This document shows, one piece after another, positions 31,864 to 41,709 of a stretch of 64,000 nt of DNA. The notes below the pieces were generated by a model. The model did no database searches. It saw nothing but the letters and a program-made list of their open reading frames with translations, and was not told the DNA's origin. Source of the DNA: an uncultured Woeseiaceae bacterium. Its GTDB lineage: Bacteria; Pseudomonadota; Gammaproteobacteria; Steroidobacterales; Woeseiaceae. The stretch spans positions 36,640-100,639 of the forward strand of contig CAJJBK010000003.1 in assembly GCA_905182415.1 (NCBI GenBank). The letters are read 5' to 3'. Position 1 is the stretch's first letter; each line of letters opens with the position of its first letter. Position numbers and translations under genes: made by a program.

Positions 31864-32730
31864 TTATGTTTGATAGTGAAGAATTATGCCAATAAAGACG
31901 GTCATACCAATATAATGATTGTGCTTGAATGCTTTGAAACACGATTCTCTATCTTTTTCTTTGGTCAACCATTGGTGATAAATCATGATCAGCATCGAGA
32001 TCATGATTGCTGAATATACCCACATTCCCAAAGCAGCTAATTGTGCCATAAAAAATAACAAGACAAGCATTGAGCATTGAAGTAATCCGATAATAAATAA
32101 ATCATATCGACCAAAAAGAATAGCTGTAGACCTAACGCCAAGATTTAAATCATCATCACGATCAACCATTGCATAATAAGTGTCATATATTAAGGCCCAA
32201 ATAATAGCGATAAAAAAAATTAACCAACCAAGAAGAGGTACATGACCAATTTCTGCCGCAAAAGCCATAGGGACGCCCCAGCCAAAAGCAATACCAAGCA
32301 CTAATTGTGGGGCGGATAATACTCTTTTGGCAAATGGATATATGACGGTAACAAGGGCGCCACCTATAGCAAAAAATTTTGTTGTTAGATTAAGAAAAAA
32401 TATTAAAGTAAAAGCTAAAGACATTAAAATAATAAATAAAATTATTGCTTCTTTTTCAGAAACCTTCCCTGAAGCTATAGGTCGATTTTGAGTCCTTTTT
32501 ACATGAGGGTCTATTTTTCTATCAGCGAAGTCATTTAATACACATCCAGCAGATCGCATAATAACGGTTCCAGATAAGAAAATTAATAAGATTTTTATCG
32601 ATACCTGTCCCTCACTAGCAATCCATAAAGACCATAGCATTGGCCACATTACTAACCAGATCCCAATGGGTTTATCCAGTCTCATTAAAAGTAGATAGTT
32701 CTTAAGGTTTTTGCTTGAAATTAATTCCAT
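31864..32730 (-). CDS. ubiA: 4-hydroxybenzoate polyprenyltransferase
   Basis: 288 aa, polytopic. Motif NDFADRKIDPHVKRTQNRPIASG. Confidence 0.9.
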   Translation of the reverse strand: MELISSKNLKNYLLLMRLDKPIGIWLVMWPMLWSLWIASEGQVSIKILLIFLSGTVIMRSAGCVLNDFADRKIDPHVKRTQNRPIASGKVSEKEAIILFIILMSLAFTLIFFLNLTTKFFAIGGALVTVIYPFAKRVLSAPQLVLGIAFGWGVPMAFAAEIGHVPLLGWLIFFIAIIWALIYDTYYAMVDRDDDLNLGVRSTAILFGRYDLFIIGLLQCSMLVLLFFMAQLAALGMWVYSAIMISMLIMIYHQWLTKEKDRESCFKAFKHNHYIGMTVFIGIILHYQT

Positions 32731-32738
32731 ATTTATGT

Positions 32739-34814
32739 TTAAACTTTTCCATAATGTTGATCATCACTAGACCAACGCATGATAATTTTTTTCGTTTTGT
32801 TGGGAAAATCATGCATCAATGTTTCGGCTATTTTTTGTACTTTTGGAAGCAGGTGTGCGTCCCTCATTAAGTCTGCAATTCTATATTGTGGTAAGCCAGT
32901 TTGTTTTGTTCCTAATAACTCACCAGGGCCTCGTAGTTCAAGGTCCCTCTGCGCAATAACAAATCCGTCATTAGTTTCACGTAATATAGACAATCTATCA
33001 TAGGCAAGCGAACCAAGCGGTTTTTTATACAATAAAATACAATGACTTTTTTGATTTCCACGTCCAACCCGACCTCTTAATTGATGCAGTTGGGTTAAAC
33101 CCATTCTTTCTGCATTTTCAATAATCATTAAACTCGCATTTGGAACATTGACCCCAACTTCTATGACAGTAGTTGCTACCAAAAGATCGATTTTACCTTC
33201 TTTGAATAAACGCATAGTGTTTTCTTTTTCTGCTTGCTTTTGTCTGCCATGAATTAGACCTATTTTTAGAGGTTTAATTATCTTTTTCAAATATTCATAT
33301 CGATCTGTTGCCGCATCTGCCTTGATTAATTCTGACTCATCGATTAATGGGCAAACCCAATAAGCCTGCTGCCCTTTTGTACAGGCATCGTTAACTCTTT
33401 CAATGACTGATGGACGTTTATCATTAGGAATAACCAGTGTTTCAACGGATTTTCTTCCGACAGGAAGTTCATCAATTATTGAGGAATCTAGATCGGCATA
33501 AGCTGCCATTGCCAACGTTCTAGGTATTGGTGTTGCGGTCATAATTAATTGGTGAGGTTGCTTTTTTGACTGACTGCCTTTTTCTCTAAGCGCGACTCTT
33601 TGATTAACTCCAAATCGATGTTGTTCATCAATTATTATTAGTGCTAGATCTTTAAAAATAACCCCCTCTTGAAATAGTGCATGCGTCCCAATAATTAAAT
33701 TGGCTTCCCCTTTCTCGATTTGACGAAGATTATTTTCACGAATTGATTTCTTTTGTCCTCCAGTTAATTTGACTATATTGATATTGAGTTTTGCAAACCA
33801 TGTAGAAAATGATTCCATATGTTGTTCGGTGAGTAATTCGGTCGGTGCCATAATAGCCGCTTGTTTTTTATTGGCGATTGTTTTTAGACAAGCAATCGCA
33901 GCCACAACTGTTTTTCCAGAACCAACATCACCTTGTAACATTCTCATCATTGGTTGAGGTTTATTGAGATCAGCTAAGATTTCTTTACACACTAGTTTTT
34001 GAGCTGCTGTTAATTGAAAGTTTAGCGTTTGAACGAATTGACTAACCTCATTCTTTCCATCTTGAAGAGAATCTGCAGTTGTGTTTGCTGCAAGTAATTT
34101 AAGCTGTCTGAGGCTAATATAATTAGCTAATAGCTCTTCAAAAGATAACCTTTCTTTGTAACTCCTCATTGCTTCATTAATATCAGCATGCTTTAGGTTT
34201 GCTGGAGGCTGATGTAGATTAGTTAGAGCTTCGGGTAAGCTTGGCATTTTAATTTCTTTAAGAATATATTCTGGTAAATATTCGTTTGGTTGAGACGTCC
34301 TCATTATATTCAAAGCTTGGCCTACCAGATTACGCAGTCTTCCAGTCTGTATACCCTCTATTGATGGATAAATAGGGGTGAGCTTATCGTCTAGTTTAAA
34401 TGCCTTGCTTGATTCAATAAATCGATATTCTGGATGAATCATTTCAAATTTTTTGCCATTAGATTTTAATAATCCAAAGCATATGAGGTGAGTATTTTTT
34501 TTGAATTGTTGAAGTTGTGATCTTGAAAAATAAAAAAATCTTAAGTTAAGGACAGCCGAATCATCTTGAATTTTAACAAATAGACTTCTTCGTCCATAGA
34601 ATAGAATTTTGGATTCTATTATTTTTCCTGCGATTAAAACGTGCTCATTGATCGGTGCATTTTGTATATCATATAAAATAGTTCTATCTTCATATCTGTT
34701 AGGCAATAAAAATAATATGTCTTCAATGCTCCTGACACCACGGTTGTTTAATTTTGTTTTTAGAGCTGGACCTACTCCTTTTAATGCATCTATTTCGGCG
34801 TTTAGTTTTAGCAT
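32739..34814 (-). CDS. recG: ATP-dependent DNA helicase RecG
   Basis: 691 aa. Wedge domain plus SF2 motifs GDVGSGKT and DEQHRFG. Part of the gmk-rpoZ-spoT-...-recG block. Confidence 0.94.
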   Translation of the reverse strand: MLKLNAEIDALKGVGPALKTKLNNRGVRSIEDILFLLPNRYEDRTILYDIQNAPINEHVLIAGKIIESKILFYGRRSLFVKIQDDSAVLNLRFFYFSRSQLQQFKKNTHLICFGLLKSNGKKFEMIHPEYRFIESSKAFKLDDKLTPIYPSIEGIQTGRLRNLVGQALNIMRTSQPNEYLPEYILKEIKMPSLPEALTNLHQPPANLKHADINEAMRSYKERLSFEELLANYISLRQLKLLAANTTADSLQDGKNEVSQFVQTLNFQLTAAQKLVCKEILADLNKPQPMMRMLQGDVGSGKTVVAAIACLKTIANKKQAAIMAPTELLTEQHMESFSTWFAKLNINIVKLTGGQKKSIRENNLRQIEKGEANLIIGTHALFQEGVIFKDLALIIIDEQHRFGVNQRVALREKGSQSKKQPHQLIMTATPIPRTLAMAAYADLDSSIIDELPVGRKSVETLVIPNDKRPSVIERVNDACTKGQQAYWVCPLIDESELIKADAATDRYEYLKKIIKPLKIGLIHGRQKQAEKENTMRLFKEGKIDLLVATTVIEVGVNVPNASLMIIENAERMGLTQLHQLRGRVGRGNQKSHCILLYKKPLGSLAYDRLSILRETNDGFVIAQRDLELRGPGELLGTKQTGLPQYRIADLMRDAHLLPKVQKIAETLMHDFPNKTKKIIMRWSSDDQHYGKV

Positions 34815-34836
34815 TATCTGGTAATATTAATTAATT

Positions 34837-35220
34837 CTATCCTGTTATACCGAGTATTGCTTCGATCTCAACATCAACCCCTTTTGGTAGTGCAGAAACA
34901 CCGACTGCTGCTCTGGCTGGATAAGGTTTTTGAAAATACTCTGCCATCACTTCGTTTACAGCTGCGAAATTATCTAAATCAGTAAGAAAAATGGTTACTT
35001 TTACCGCATCATCTAAATTTCCACCTGCTGCATTTGCTATATTTTTTAGATTTTTAAAAACTCGATGCGTCCTATCCTTGAAGTCACCTGAAACAATTTC
35101 CATTGACTTCGGATCGAGTGGTATTTGGCCTGAAATAAAGATTAGATTGTCAGTTACAACTGCTTGACTATAGGTGCCAATTGCGCCTGGTGCATTGTCA
35201 GTATGAATAATTTTTTTCAT
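34837..35220 (-). CDS. ridA: RidA/YjgF family reactive-intermediate deaminase
   Basis: 127 aa. Motifs GTYSQAV, FISGQIP and PARAAVGV. Confidence 0.88.
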   Translation of the reverse strand: MKKIIHTDNAPGAIGTYSQAVVTDNLIFISGQIPLDPKSMEIVSGDFKDRTHRVFKNLKNIANAAGGNLDDAVKVTIFLTDLDNFAAVNEVMAEYFQKPYPARAAVGVSALPKGVDVEIEAILGITG

Positions 35221-35244
35221 TTTACTTTCTCCAAATTTTAATTA

Positions 35245-37398
35245 TTAAGTTTTCTCGCGTGTAATACGATGCACTTCTTTCATGTTTCTTATATTTCTTA
35301 TTATCTGTGCTAGATGAACTCTATCTTTTACATTTAATATAAATGTTAATTCAGAATAATCTTCATGACTTGCAAGATTTACAGATTCAATATTTGAGTC
35401 AGAATCTGCAATGGTGCTAGCGACTTCTGCCAATACCCCAGTTTTATTTTCTGTTTCAACATGAATTTGGCTAGAAAATTGTCTTGTTATATTTTTCTGC
35501 CAACTTACAGACAGCCATTTCGTTGGATGTTTTCGAAATATTCTTAAGTTTCGACAGCTATTCTTGTGAATAACCACGCCTCTTCCTGAGCTCATATAAC
35601 CCATTACATCATCACCAGGTATAGGATAACAACAATGCCCATAACTCACTATCATCCCCTCAGTGCCTTCGATGACTAAATTAGTTTTTGTTAATTTAGT
35701 ATTTTCATTTTTTTCGCTGGTTAGATATCTTGCTGTTAGTGGCGCAAGTCGATCGCCCAATCCAATTTCTTGATATAATTTATTTAAACTTTCTATTCCC
35801 AGCTCTTTAAATGCTTCATTTTGTCTTTTTTTCCCAATTTTACGAAGTGATGTATTTAAGTCACCTAGTGCTGAATTAAGTAATTTTTTCCCAAGTTCAT
35901 AAGCGTCACTTTTACGAATGGTTTTTAAATAATTTTGTATACTTGAGAGTGCTTTTGCCGTAACAGCAAAATTAATCCAATTTGGATTTGGGTTAGCGTT
36001 TTTATCGGTAATGATCTTTACCGTTTGACCATTTTCTAAAATGGATTTTAGTGGCACCAGAGTTCTATCTATCTCAGCCTCAACACATTGATTACCTATG
36101 TCTGTATGAACAGCATAAGCAAAATCTATAATAGTTGCTCCTTTTGGAAGAGGCATAATGTCTCCATTGGGAGTAAAAACATATATTTTATCGGGAAATA
36201 GATCTACTTTTACATTTTCCAAAAATTCTGCTGAACTCATGCTTTCTTCAAGTTCACCAATATTTTGTAACCATTGCCTTATACGCAAGTGAGGTATAGC
36301 TGTATTTTTATCAACTGCTTTATATTGCCAATGAGCCGCAACTCCAGACTCTGCTAATCGATTCATTTCTATTGTTCTAATTTGAATTTCTAGTGGTAGG
36401 CCGTTTGGTCCAAAGAGAGTGGTATGTAATGATTGATATCCATTAATCCTTGGAATGGCAATATAATCTTTGAACCGCCCTGGCATAGGTTTGTATAACC
36501 CATGGATAATTCCAAGCAATCTATAGCAATTATTGACGTCATTTACAATAATCCTAAATCCATAGACATCAGCTACCTCTTCTAGGGATCGCTTCTTTAT
36601 TTTCATTTTTTTGTAAATACTATAAAGTTGTTTTTCCCTCCCGATGACTTCACCTTTAATATTTTCATTAGTCATTGCCGCTAATATTCGGGAGGAAATC
36701 TTTTTTACAATTCTTTTTTGGCCACCTTTGCTTTTCTTTAGAGCTTTACTAATAACGCGGTAACGATAAGGAAAAAGATGTTGGATTCCAAGATCTTCTA
36801 GTTCATTTTTTATTTTATTGATCCCTAATCGATTTGCGATGGGCGCGTAAATATCCAGTGTCTCTTTAGCTTTCAGTTTTCTTTTTTGCGCTGGAAGGTG
36901 TTCTAAGGTACGCATGTTATGTAAACGATCAGATAGTTTTATAAATATCACACGGATATCCTCAACCATCGCGAGTATCATTTTGCGGAAAGTTTCTGCT
37001 TGCGCTTCAGCACGATTGTTAAATTTTATTTGATCAAGTTTACTGACACTATCAACTAATATGGCAATTTCTTTATTAAAGATGTTTTCTAAATCAATTA
37101 AATTTATATCAGTATCTTCAATAACATCATGAAGTAAGGCAGCAGAAATGGTTTGATTATCCATTTGCATATTTGCCAAAATTTGAGCAACTGATAAGGG
37201 ATGACATATATATGGTTCGCCACTCAATCGTCGCTGATTTATATGAGCTTTCGCACCATATTCATAGGCTCTGACAACTATCTTAATTTCAGAAGAGGGC
37301 ATATAGCCCGACAGAGAAACAAGCAATTGCTGAAGTAGTTTCTCTTCTTTTTTTGAGCCAGTGTTGACTTTTTGACGAATTAGATTCGCGTAATCCAT
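35245..37398 (-). CDS. spoT: Bifunctional (p)ppGpp synthetase/hydrolase
   Basis: 717 aa. HD hydrolase motif LLHDVIEDT and synthetase region GYQSLHT, with TGS and ACT C-terminal regions. Lies downstream of rpoZ. Confidence 0.92.
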   Translation of the reverse strand: MDYANLIRQKVNTGSKKEEKLLQQLLVSLSGYMPSSEIKIVVRAYEYGAKAHINQRRLSGEPYICHPLSVAQILANMQMDNQTISAALLHDVIEDTDINLIDLENIFNKEIAILVDSVSKLDQIKFNNRAEAQAETFRKMILAMVEDIRVIFIKLSDRLHNMRTLEHLPAQKRKLKAKETLDIYAPIANRLGINKIKNELEDLGIQHLFPYRYRVISKALKKSKGGQKRIVKKISSRILAAMTNENIKGEVIGREKQLYSIYKKMKIKKRSLEEVADVYGFRIIVNDVNNCYRLLGIIHGLYKPMPGRFKDYIAIPRINGYQSLHTTLFGPNGLPLEIQIRTIEMNRLAESGVAAHWQYKAVDKNTAIPHLRIRQWLQNIGELEESMSSAEFLENVKVDLFPDKIYVFTPNGDIMPLPKGATIIDFAYAVHTDIGNQCVEAEIDRTLVPLKSILENGQTVKIITDKNANPNPNWINFAVTAKALSSIQNYLKTIRKSDAYELGKKLLNSALGDLNTSLRKIGKKRQNEAFKELGIESLNKLYQEIGLGDRLAPLTARYLTSEKNENTKLTKTNLVIEGTEGMIVSYGHCCYPIPGDDVMGYMSSGRGVVIHKNSCRNLRIFRKHPTKWLSVSWQKNITRQFSSQIHVETENKTGVLAEVASTIADSDSNIESVNLASHEDYSELTFILNVKDRVHLAQIIRNIRNMKEVHRITREKT

Positions 37399-37461
37399 AT
37401 TAGTTTATATTTGATTAACCAGGATAAAGCGAAGTTATGACTATACAAAATGAAAGATTAA

Positions 37462-37746
37462 TTATTTTCCAATAGATAAACTTTGAAGGGGCATAATTTC
37501 ATCTGATTCATCGGTGTGAAGTAATGCTTCAGCTTCCATTAGATCCATTTTTTCAAGAACGCTAGGCGATATTTCACCGGCTGCTATTTCTCTCAGCGCA
37601 ATTACCGTTGGCTTATCATTGTCCCGATCTACAAGCACTTCAGCCCCATGAGCTATTTTTTTTGCTCTTTTTGCAGCCATGAGAATCATATCAAATATGT
37701 TATCGACGTTGTGCATACAATCTTCTACAGTTATTCTGGCCATCAT
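37462..37746 (-). CDS. rpoZ: DNA-directed RNA polymerase subunit omega
   Basis: (M)MARITVEDC...ILMAAKRAKKIA matches the RpoZ N-terminus. The true start may be the second Met (37743). Confidence 0.92.
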   Translation of the reverse strand: MMARITVEDCMHNVDNIFDMILMAAKRAKKIAHGAEVLVDRDNDKPTVIALREIAAGEISPSVLEKMDLMEAEALLHTDESDEIMPLQSLSIGK

Positions 37747-37810
37747 ATTTCCTGTTAATTAAATTTAACCAACTACTTAAAGGTTAGATTCTATCCTACT
37801 TCTAAGGACA

Positions 37811-38428
37811 CTACACCAGTATCTTTCTAATTTTTTTTATTAATGCTGGGTTTCTTGTACTGCTGTAATTATTTTTATCTAAAAAAATAGCTTCTAATTC
37901 ATCGGCAGCTATATCCAGATCATCGTTAATAATACAATAATCAAATTCGCCCCAATGAGACATATCATCGAGCGCTTCATTTAGGCGTCTTTCTATAATT
38001 TCTCTTGTATCGGTAGCTCGATTAACCAATCTCTTATTTAATAATTCTTGGGATGGCGGTAAAATAAAAATTGAAATACATTGAGGCATTGATTTTCGAA
38101 CTTGCTGTGCTCCTTGCCAATCAATTTCTAAAATTACGTGATGGTTATCTTTTAAAATATTTTGGACCTGCTCTTCACTGGTGGCATAAAGATTCCCAAA
38201 GACATTTGCATGTTCAATGAAAGCTTTTTTGTTTTTTAAGTGATTAAATTCATCAATAGACACAAAGAAATAATCATGACCATCAATTTCATTTTTTCTA
38301 GGAGTGCGGGTGGTATATGATACCGAATACTTTAATTGCTTATTTCTAGAAATTAATTTTTTAACTAACGTAGTTTTACCAGCACCGGATGGGGCAGAAA
38401 TAACAAATAAATTCGTTGAAATATTCAT
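37811..38428 (-). CDS. gmk: Guanylate kinase
   Basis: 205 aa. P-loop SAPSGAGKTTL and YSVSYTTR. Confidence 0.94.
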   Translation of the reverse strand: MNISTNLFVISAPSGAGKTTLVKKLISRNKQLKYSVSYTTRTPRKNEIDGHDYFFVSIDEFNHLKNKKAFIEHANVFGNLYATSEEQVQNILKDNHHVILEIDWQGAQQVRKSMPQCISIFILPPSQELLNKRLVNRATDTREIIERRLNEALDDMSHWGEFDYCIINDDLDIAADELEAIFLDKNNYSSTRNPALIKKIRKILV

Positions 38429-38583
38429 ATAATATTTTTTTGTAACTTTTAAATGAATAGTTTGGATAGGTTCCGTGATTTGTTCAATAGATAATTTTAT
38501 TTTTTTAAAGATATTTAATTTTAAATAGCGTCATAACTAATAAATCACATGTATTTGTGAATATTAAGTATTAGGAGCAAGTA

Positions 38584-39309
38584 ATGCGACAAGATGGTAG
38601 AAAAAATAATGAATTACGTAAAATAGATTTCACAATTAATTATACCAAACATGCTGAAGGAAGCGTGTTAGCTATTTTTGGTGATACAAAAGTTTTATGC
38701 ACAGCATCAGTTGAATCTAGAGTGCCTCGCTGGATAAAAGGACAAGGTTCTGGCTGGATAACAGCCGAATATGGAATGTTGCCTCGAGCAACTCATACTA
38801 GGTCAAACAGAGAGGCCTCAAGAGGTAAACAAAGTGGTAGAACTCAAGAAATACAAAGATTGATTGGACGTGCAATGAGGGGCGCCATAAATTTAAAAGC
38901 CCTTGGAGAAAAAACAATTACTTTAGACTGTGATGTAATTCAGGCTGATGGAGGCACTAGGACTGCGGCAATAAGTGGCGCATATTTAGCATTGAAAATA
39001 GCTGTCAATAATTTGTTAAAAAAAGATTTAATAGAAATTGATCCACTCACTAATTATATAGGGGCTATATCTGTTGGTATTTATCAAGATGAACCTATTC
39101 TGGATTTAAATTATATAGAAGATAGTTCCGCCGAAACTGATATGAATATTGTAATGAATGATGTTGGTGAATTTATTGAAATTCAGGGTACCGCGGAAGG
39201 ACGAACATTTAAAAAAGAGGAGCTCGATAAAATGCTCTCACTTGCTGAACATGGGATTCAAGATATTGTTTCAATACAAAGAAAAATTATTGAGCAATAT
39301 AAATGGTAA
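38584..39309 (+). CDS. rph: Ribonuclease PH
   Basis: 241 aa. N-terminus [12 protein letters not shown]...[11 protein letters not shown], plus [14 protein letters not shown]. Confidence 0.95.
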   Translation: MRQDGRKNNELRKIDFTINYTKHAEGSVLAIFGDTKVLCTASVESRVPRWIKGQGSGWITAEYGMLPRATHTRSNREASRGKQSGRTQEIQRLIGRAMRGAINLKALGEKTITLDCDVIQADGGTRTAAISGAYLALKIAVNNLLKKDLIEIDPLTNYIGAISVGIYQDEPILDLNYIEDSSAETDMNIVMNDVGEFIEIQGTAEGRTFKKEELDKMLSLAEHGIQDIVSIQRKIIEQYKW

Positions 39310-39338
39310 TTTCTCAATTAAATGACTAGAGATAATCA

Positions 39339-39962
39339 GTGCTTAATAAACAAAAAATTATTCTTGCCAGTAATAATCAGGGTAAATTAAGAGAGCTTCA
39401 AACATACTTTAGTGATTATCATGCAGATATCATCACTCAAAGTAGTATTGGTATATCTCCTGTAGAGGAGACAGGGGAAAGTTTTTTAGATAATGCGTTG
39501 CAAAAAGCACGCCACGCGGCCTCCTTCTCAGATTATCCTGTGATTGCTGATGACTCAGGCTTAATTGTTGACTGCTTAGATGGTAAACCAGGTATTTATT
39601 CTGCTCGATACGCCGGATTAAATTCGAGCGATCAGAAAAATATTGATTTACTTTTAAGAGAAATGAAAAACGAAAATAAAAGACAAGCAAGATTTCACTG
39701 CTGCTTGATTTATTTACGTTCTCATCATGATAAGGAGCCTATTATTGTTACGGGAGAATGGAACGGTTTGATTTGTCGTGAACGAACTGGCCAAAAAGGA
39801 TTTGGTTATGATCCAGTATTTTTCGTGCCAGAATTACAATTAACAGCTGCTGAACTTTCAGTTGAGCTCAAAAATAAATACAGCCATCGAGGTAAAGCTA
39901 ATAAGCAACTTGTCGAAGAACTTTTAAGTAAAAAATTAATATTTAAAAATACATTTGATTAA
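39339..39962 (+). CDS. rdgB: dITP/XTP pyrophosphatase (non-canonical purine NTPase)
   Basis: 207 aa with a GTG start. Motifs ASNNQGKLRE, DDSGL and GFGYDPVF. Confidence 0.9.
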   Translation: MLNKQKIILASNNQGKLRELQTYFSDYHADIITQSSIGISPVEETGESFLDNALQKARHAASFSDYPVIADDSGLIVDCLDGKPGIYSARYAGLNSSDQKNIDLLLREMKNENKRQARFHCCLIYLRSHHDKEPIIVTGEWNGLICRERTGQKGFGYDPVFFVPELQLTAAELSVELKNKYSHRGKANKQLVEELLSKKLIFKNTFD

Positions 39963-39966
39963 AAAG

Positions 39967-41112
39967 ATGTCCCTTCCTTCTTCATTGTATCTTCATCTTC
40001 CATGGTGTGTAAAAAAATGTCCTTACTGCGATTTCAATTCACATGTAGCAGGTTCTCTAGAGGATCGAAAAAAATATATTCGTATTCTTCAGAAAGATAT
40101 TACTATGGAAGGGAAAAGATTCGCTGGGGCTGTATTGAAAACAATTTTTATCGGTGGAGGAACGCCAAGTCTTTTTGAGCCTACCGAAATCAGTGAAATC
40201 TTGGGATATATAAAAACACAATTCATTTTTTCAGATGATATTGAAATAACGATGGAGACTAATCCAGGCTCTTTGGAATACAAAGATCTATCTAAATATA
40301 GGCAAGCAGGAGTTAATCGCTTATCAATTGGTGCTCAAAGTTTTAATCAAGATTCTTTGAAGTTGTTAGGTCGAATACATGGACCAGCGGAAATTTTTTC
40401 TTGTTATGAAGAGGCACAATTAGCTAATTTTGAGAGTATCAATGTAGATCTCATGTTTGGTTTACCCAATCAAACACTAGAAATGGCCATGGAAGATATT
40501 TATACATTGATCGATTTGAACCCAGAGCATATTTCTTATTATCAACTTACCCTAGAACCTAATACGCTCTTTTATAAAAAAAGACCTAAAAATATACCCC
40601 CACATAATTTACTTTATTCAATTCAAGAAGAAGGTTTGGCCTTGTTAAATAAGGCCAAATATAACAGATATGAAATATCAGCCTTTTCAAAAGTTGGATT
40701 AGAGTGCCGACACAATATGAATTATTGGATGTTTGGTGATTATATTGCTGTTGGTGCAGGCGCTCATGGTAAATTTGCCATCAATAATGAGATAAAACGT
40801 TATCAAAAACCAGCATTGCCACGGGCTTATATGAACTGTAGTTTTGAAAATACAGAAAAAGATGTTTTAAAGACACTCGATCAATCTGATATTTTAATTG
40901 AGTATATGATAAATAATTTAAGGCTAATGTCTGGCTTTAGCAAAAATCATTTTGAAAGGTGTACCGGATTATCTTTTGATTTAATTGAAAGAAAACTCAA
41001 TAATCTCGATCAATTAGGATTAATGAAAGAGACAGAAAAAGAGCAATGGGTTCCAACTGCGCTTGGCTTTCGATTTTTAGATGATATTCAGGCTGAATTC
41101 TTACCTGTTTGA
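39967..41112 (+). CDS. hemW: Radical SAM heme chaperone HemW (HemN-like, oxygen-independent coproporphyrinogen oxidase family)
   Basis: MSLPSSLYLHLPWCVKKCPYCDFNSH matches the YggW/HemW N-terminus and contains the CxxxCxxC motif. ATG 39967 is preferred over the track's TTG 39955. rdgB-hemW synteny. Confidence 0.88.
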   Translation: MSLPSSLYLHLPWCVKKCPYCDFNSHVAGSLEDRKKYIRILQKDITMEGKRFAGAVLKTIFIGGGTPSLFEPTEISEILGYIKTQFIFSDDIEITMETNPGSLEYKDLSKYRQAGVNRLSIGAQSFNQDSLKLLGRIHGPAEIFSCYEEAQLANFESINVDLMFGLPNQTLEMAMEDIYTLIDLNPEHISYYQLTLEPNTLFYKKRPKNIPPHNLLYSIQEEGLALLNKAKYNRYEISAFSKVGLECRHNMNYWMFGDYIAVGAGAHGKFAINNEIKRYQKPALPRAYMNCSFENTEKDVLKTLDQSDILIEYMINNLRLMSGFSKNHFERCTGLSFDLIERKLNNLDQLGLMKETEKEQWVPTALGFRFLDDIQAEFLPV

Positions 41113-41351
41113 TTTATTTTTTATTGAACATAGTCTTCAATAATGTAAAACATAGAAAATCTTTATGCACATCAAAATGCTGTTGCTATGTTTTACTTAT
41201 AAAATTGTCCTAGTTTCATATTTACGACAATATAGTTCAAACAAACCATTGAAATATATAGGTTTATTAAAATGTACATAATTTAAGCATTTTAGTAAAA
41301 ATGCTTTAATTGCATAGACTAAGGTCGTTCACCCAATTTTCTTCCACAGGT

Positions 41352-41374
41352 TTATCCACAGGATCTGTGGATAA
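41352..41374. promoter_or_regulatory. Head-to-head pair of perfect DnaA boxes
   Basis: TTATCCACAGGATCTGTGGATAA has 10-bp perfect inverted arms around a 3-nt centre and contains GATC. More box-like 9-mers are at 41163-41171, 41273-41281 and 41340-41348. Confidence 0.6.
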
Positions 41375-41394
41375 ATATCTATCAGAAAAATAGC

Positions 41395-41423
41395 TTGAAA
41401 AAACATTGGTTTACAGCTATTCT
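41395..41423 (+). promoter_or_regulatory. Putative sigma70 promoter of rpmE
   Basis: TTGAAA-N17-TATTCT lies 45 nt upstream of the rpmE ATG and just downstream of the DnaA-box pair. Confidence 0.3.
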
Positions 41424-41468
41424 ACGCGCCCAATTATTGAGATATTTTATGTCCGGGATTAAAACCTT

Positions 41469-41672
41469 ATGAAAGCAGATCTTCACCCAAATTATAAAGA
41501 AATAAATGTCACATGTAGCTGTGGTAATAAATTTGCTACTCGCTCAACACTCGATGGTGATTTAGGCATTGAAGTATGCTCAGCTTGCCATCCTTTCTAT
41601 ACCGGTAAACAAAAAATATTAGATTCTGGTGGTAGAGTTGATAAATTCCGTCGTAAGTACGGTAAAACATAA
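41469..41672 (+). CDS. rpmE: 50S ribosomal protein L31 (zinc-binding type)
   Basis: 67 aa. [20 protein letters not shown]...[13 protein letters not shown] with four Cys ligands. Confidence 0.95.
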   Translation: MKADLHPNYKEINVTCSCGNKFATRSTLDGDLGIEVCSACHPFYTGKQKILDSGGRVDKFRRKYGKT

Positions 41673-41709
41673 AATTTATGGCCCTAATTAATAGAGCAGA
41701 AAGTAAATA

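Noticed and set aside
38545-38560. TCACA-N6-TGTGA upstream of rph, considered as a CRP-type site
   Set aside because: The half-sites are in the opposite order to the CRP consensus (TGTGA-N6-TCACA). It is a single occurrence with no supporting context.
41165-41281. 38-codon ORF (MHIKMLLLCFTYKIVLVSYLRQYSSNKPLKYIGLLKCT) in the hemW-rpmE spacer
   Set aside because: It has no Shine-Dalgarno sequence. Its composition is what AT-rich non-coding DNA gives by chance, and its ends coincide with the DnaA-box-like 9-mers. It cannot be supported as a gene without conservation data.
41284-41305. Perfect 9-bp hairpin AAGCATTTT-AGTA-AAAATGCTT considered as a hemW terminator or small RNA 3' end
   Set aside because: It lies 172 nt beyond the hemW stop and has no proper U-run on either strand. 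I mention it only as part of the DnaA-box spacer.
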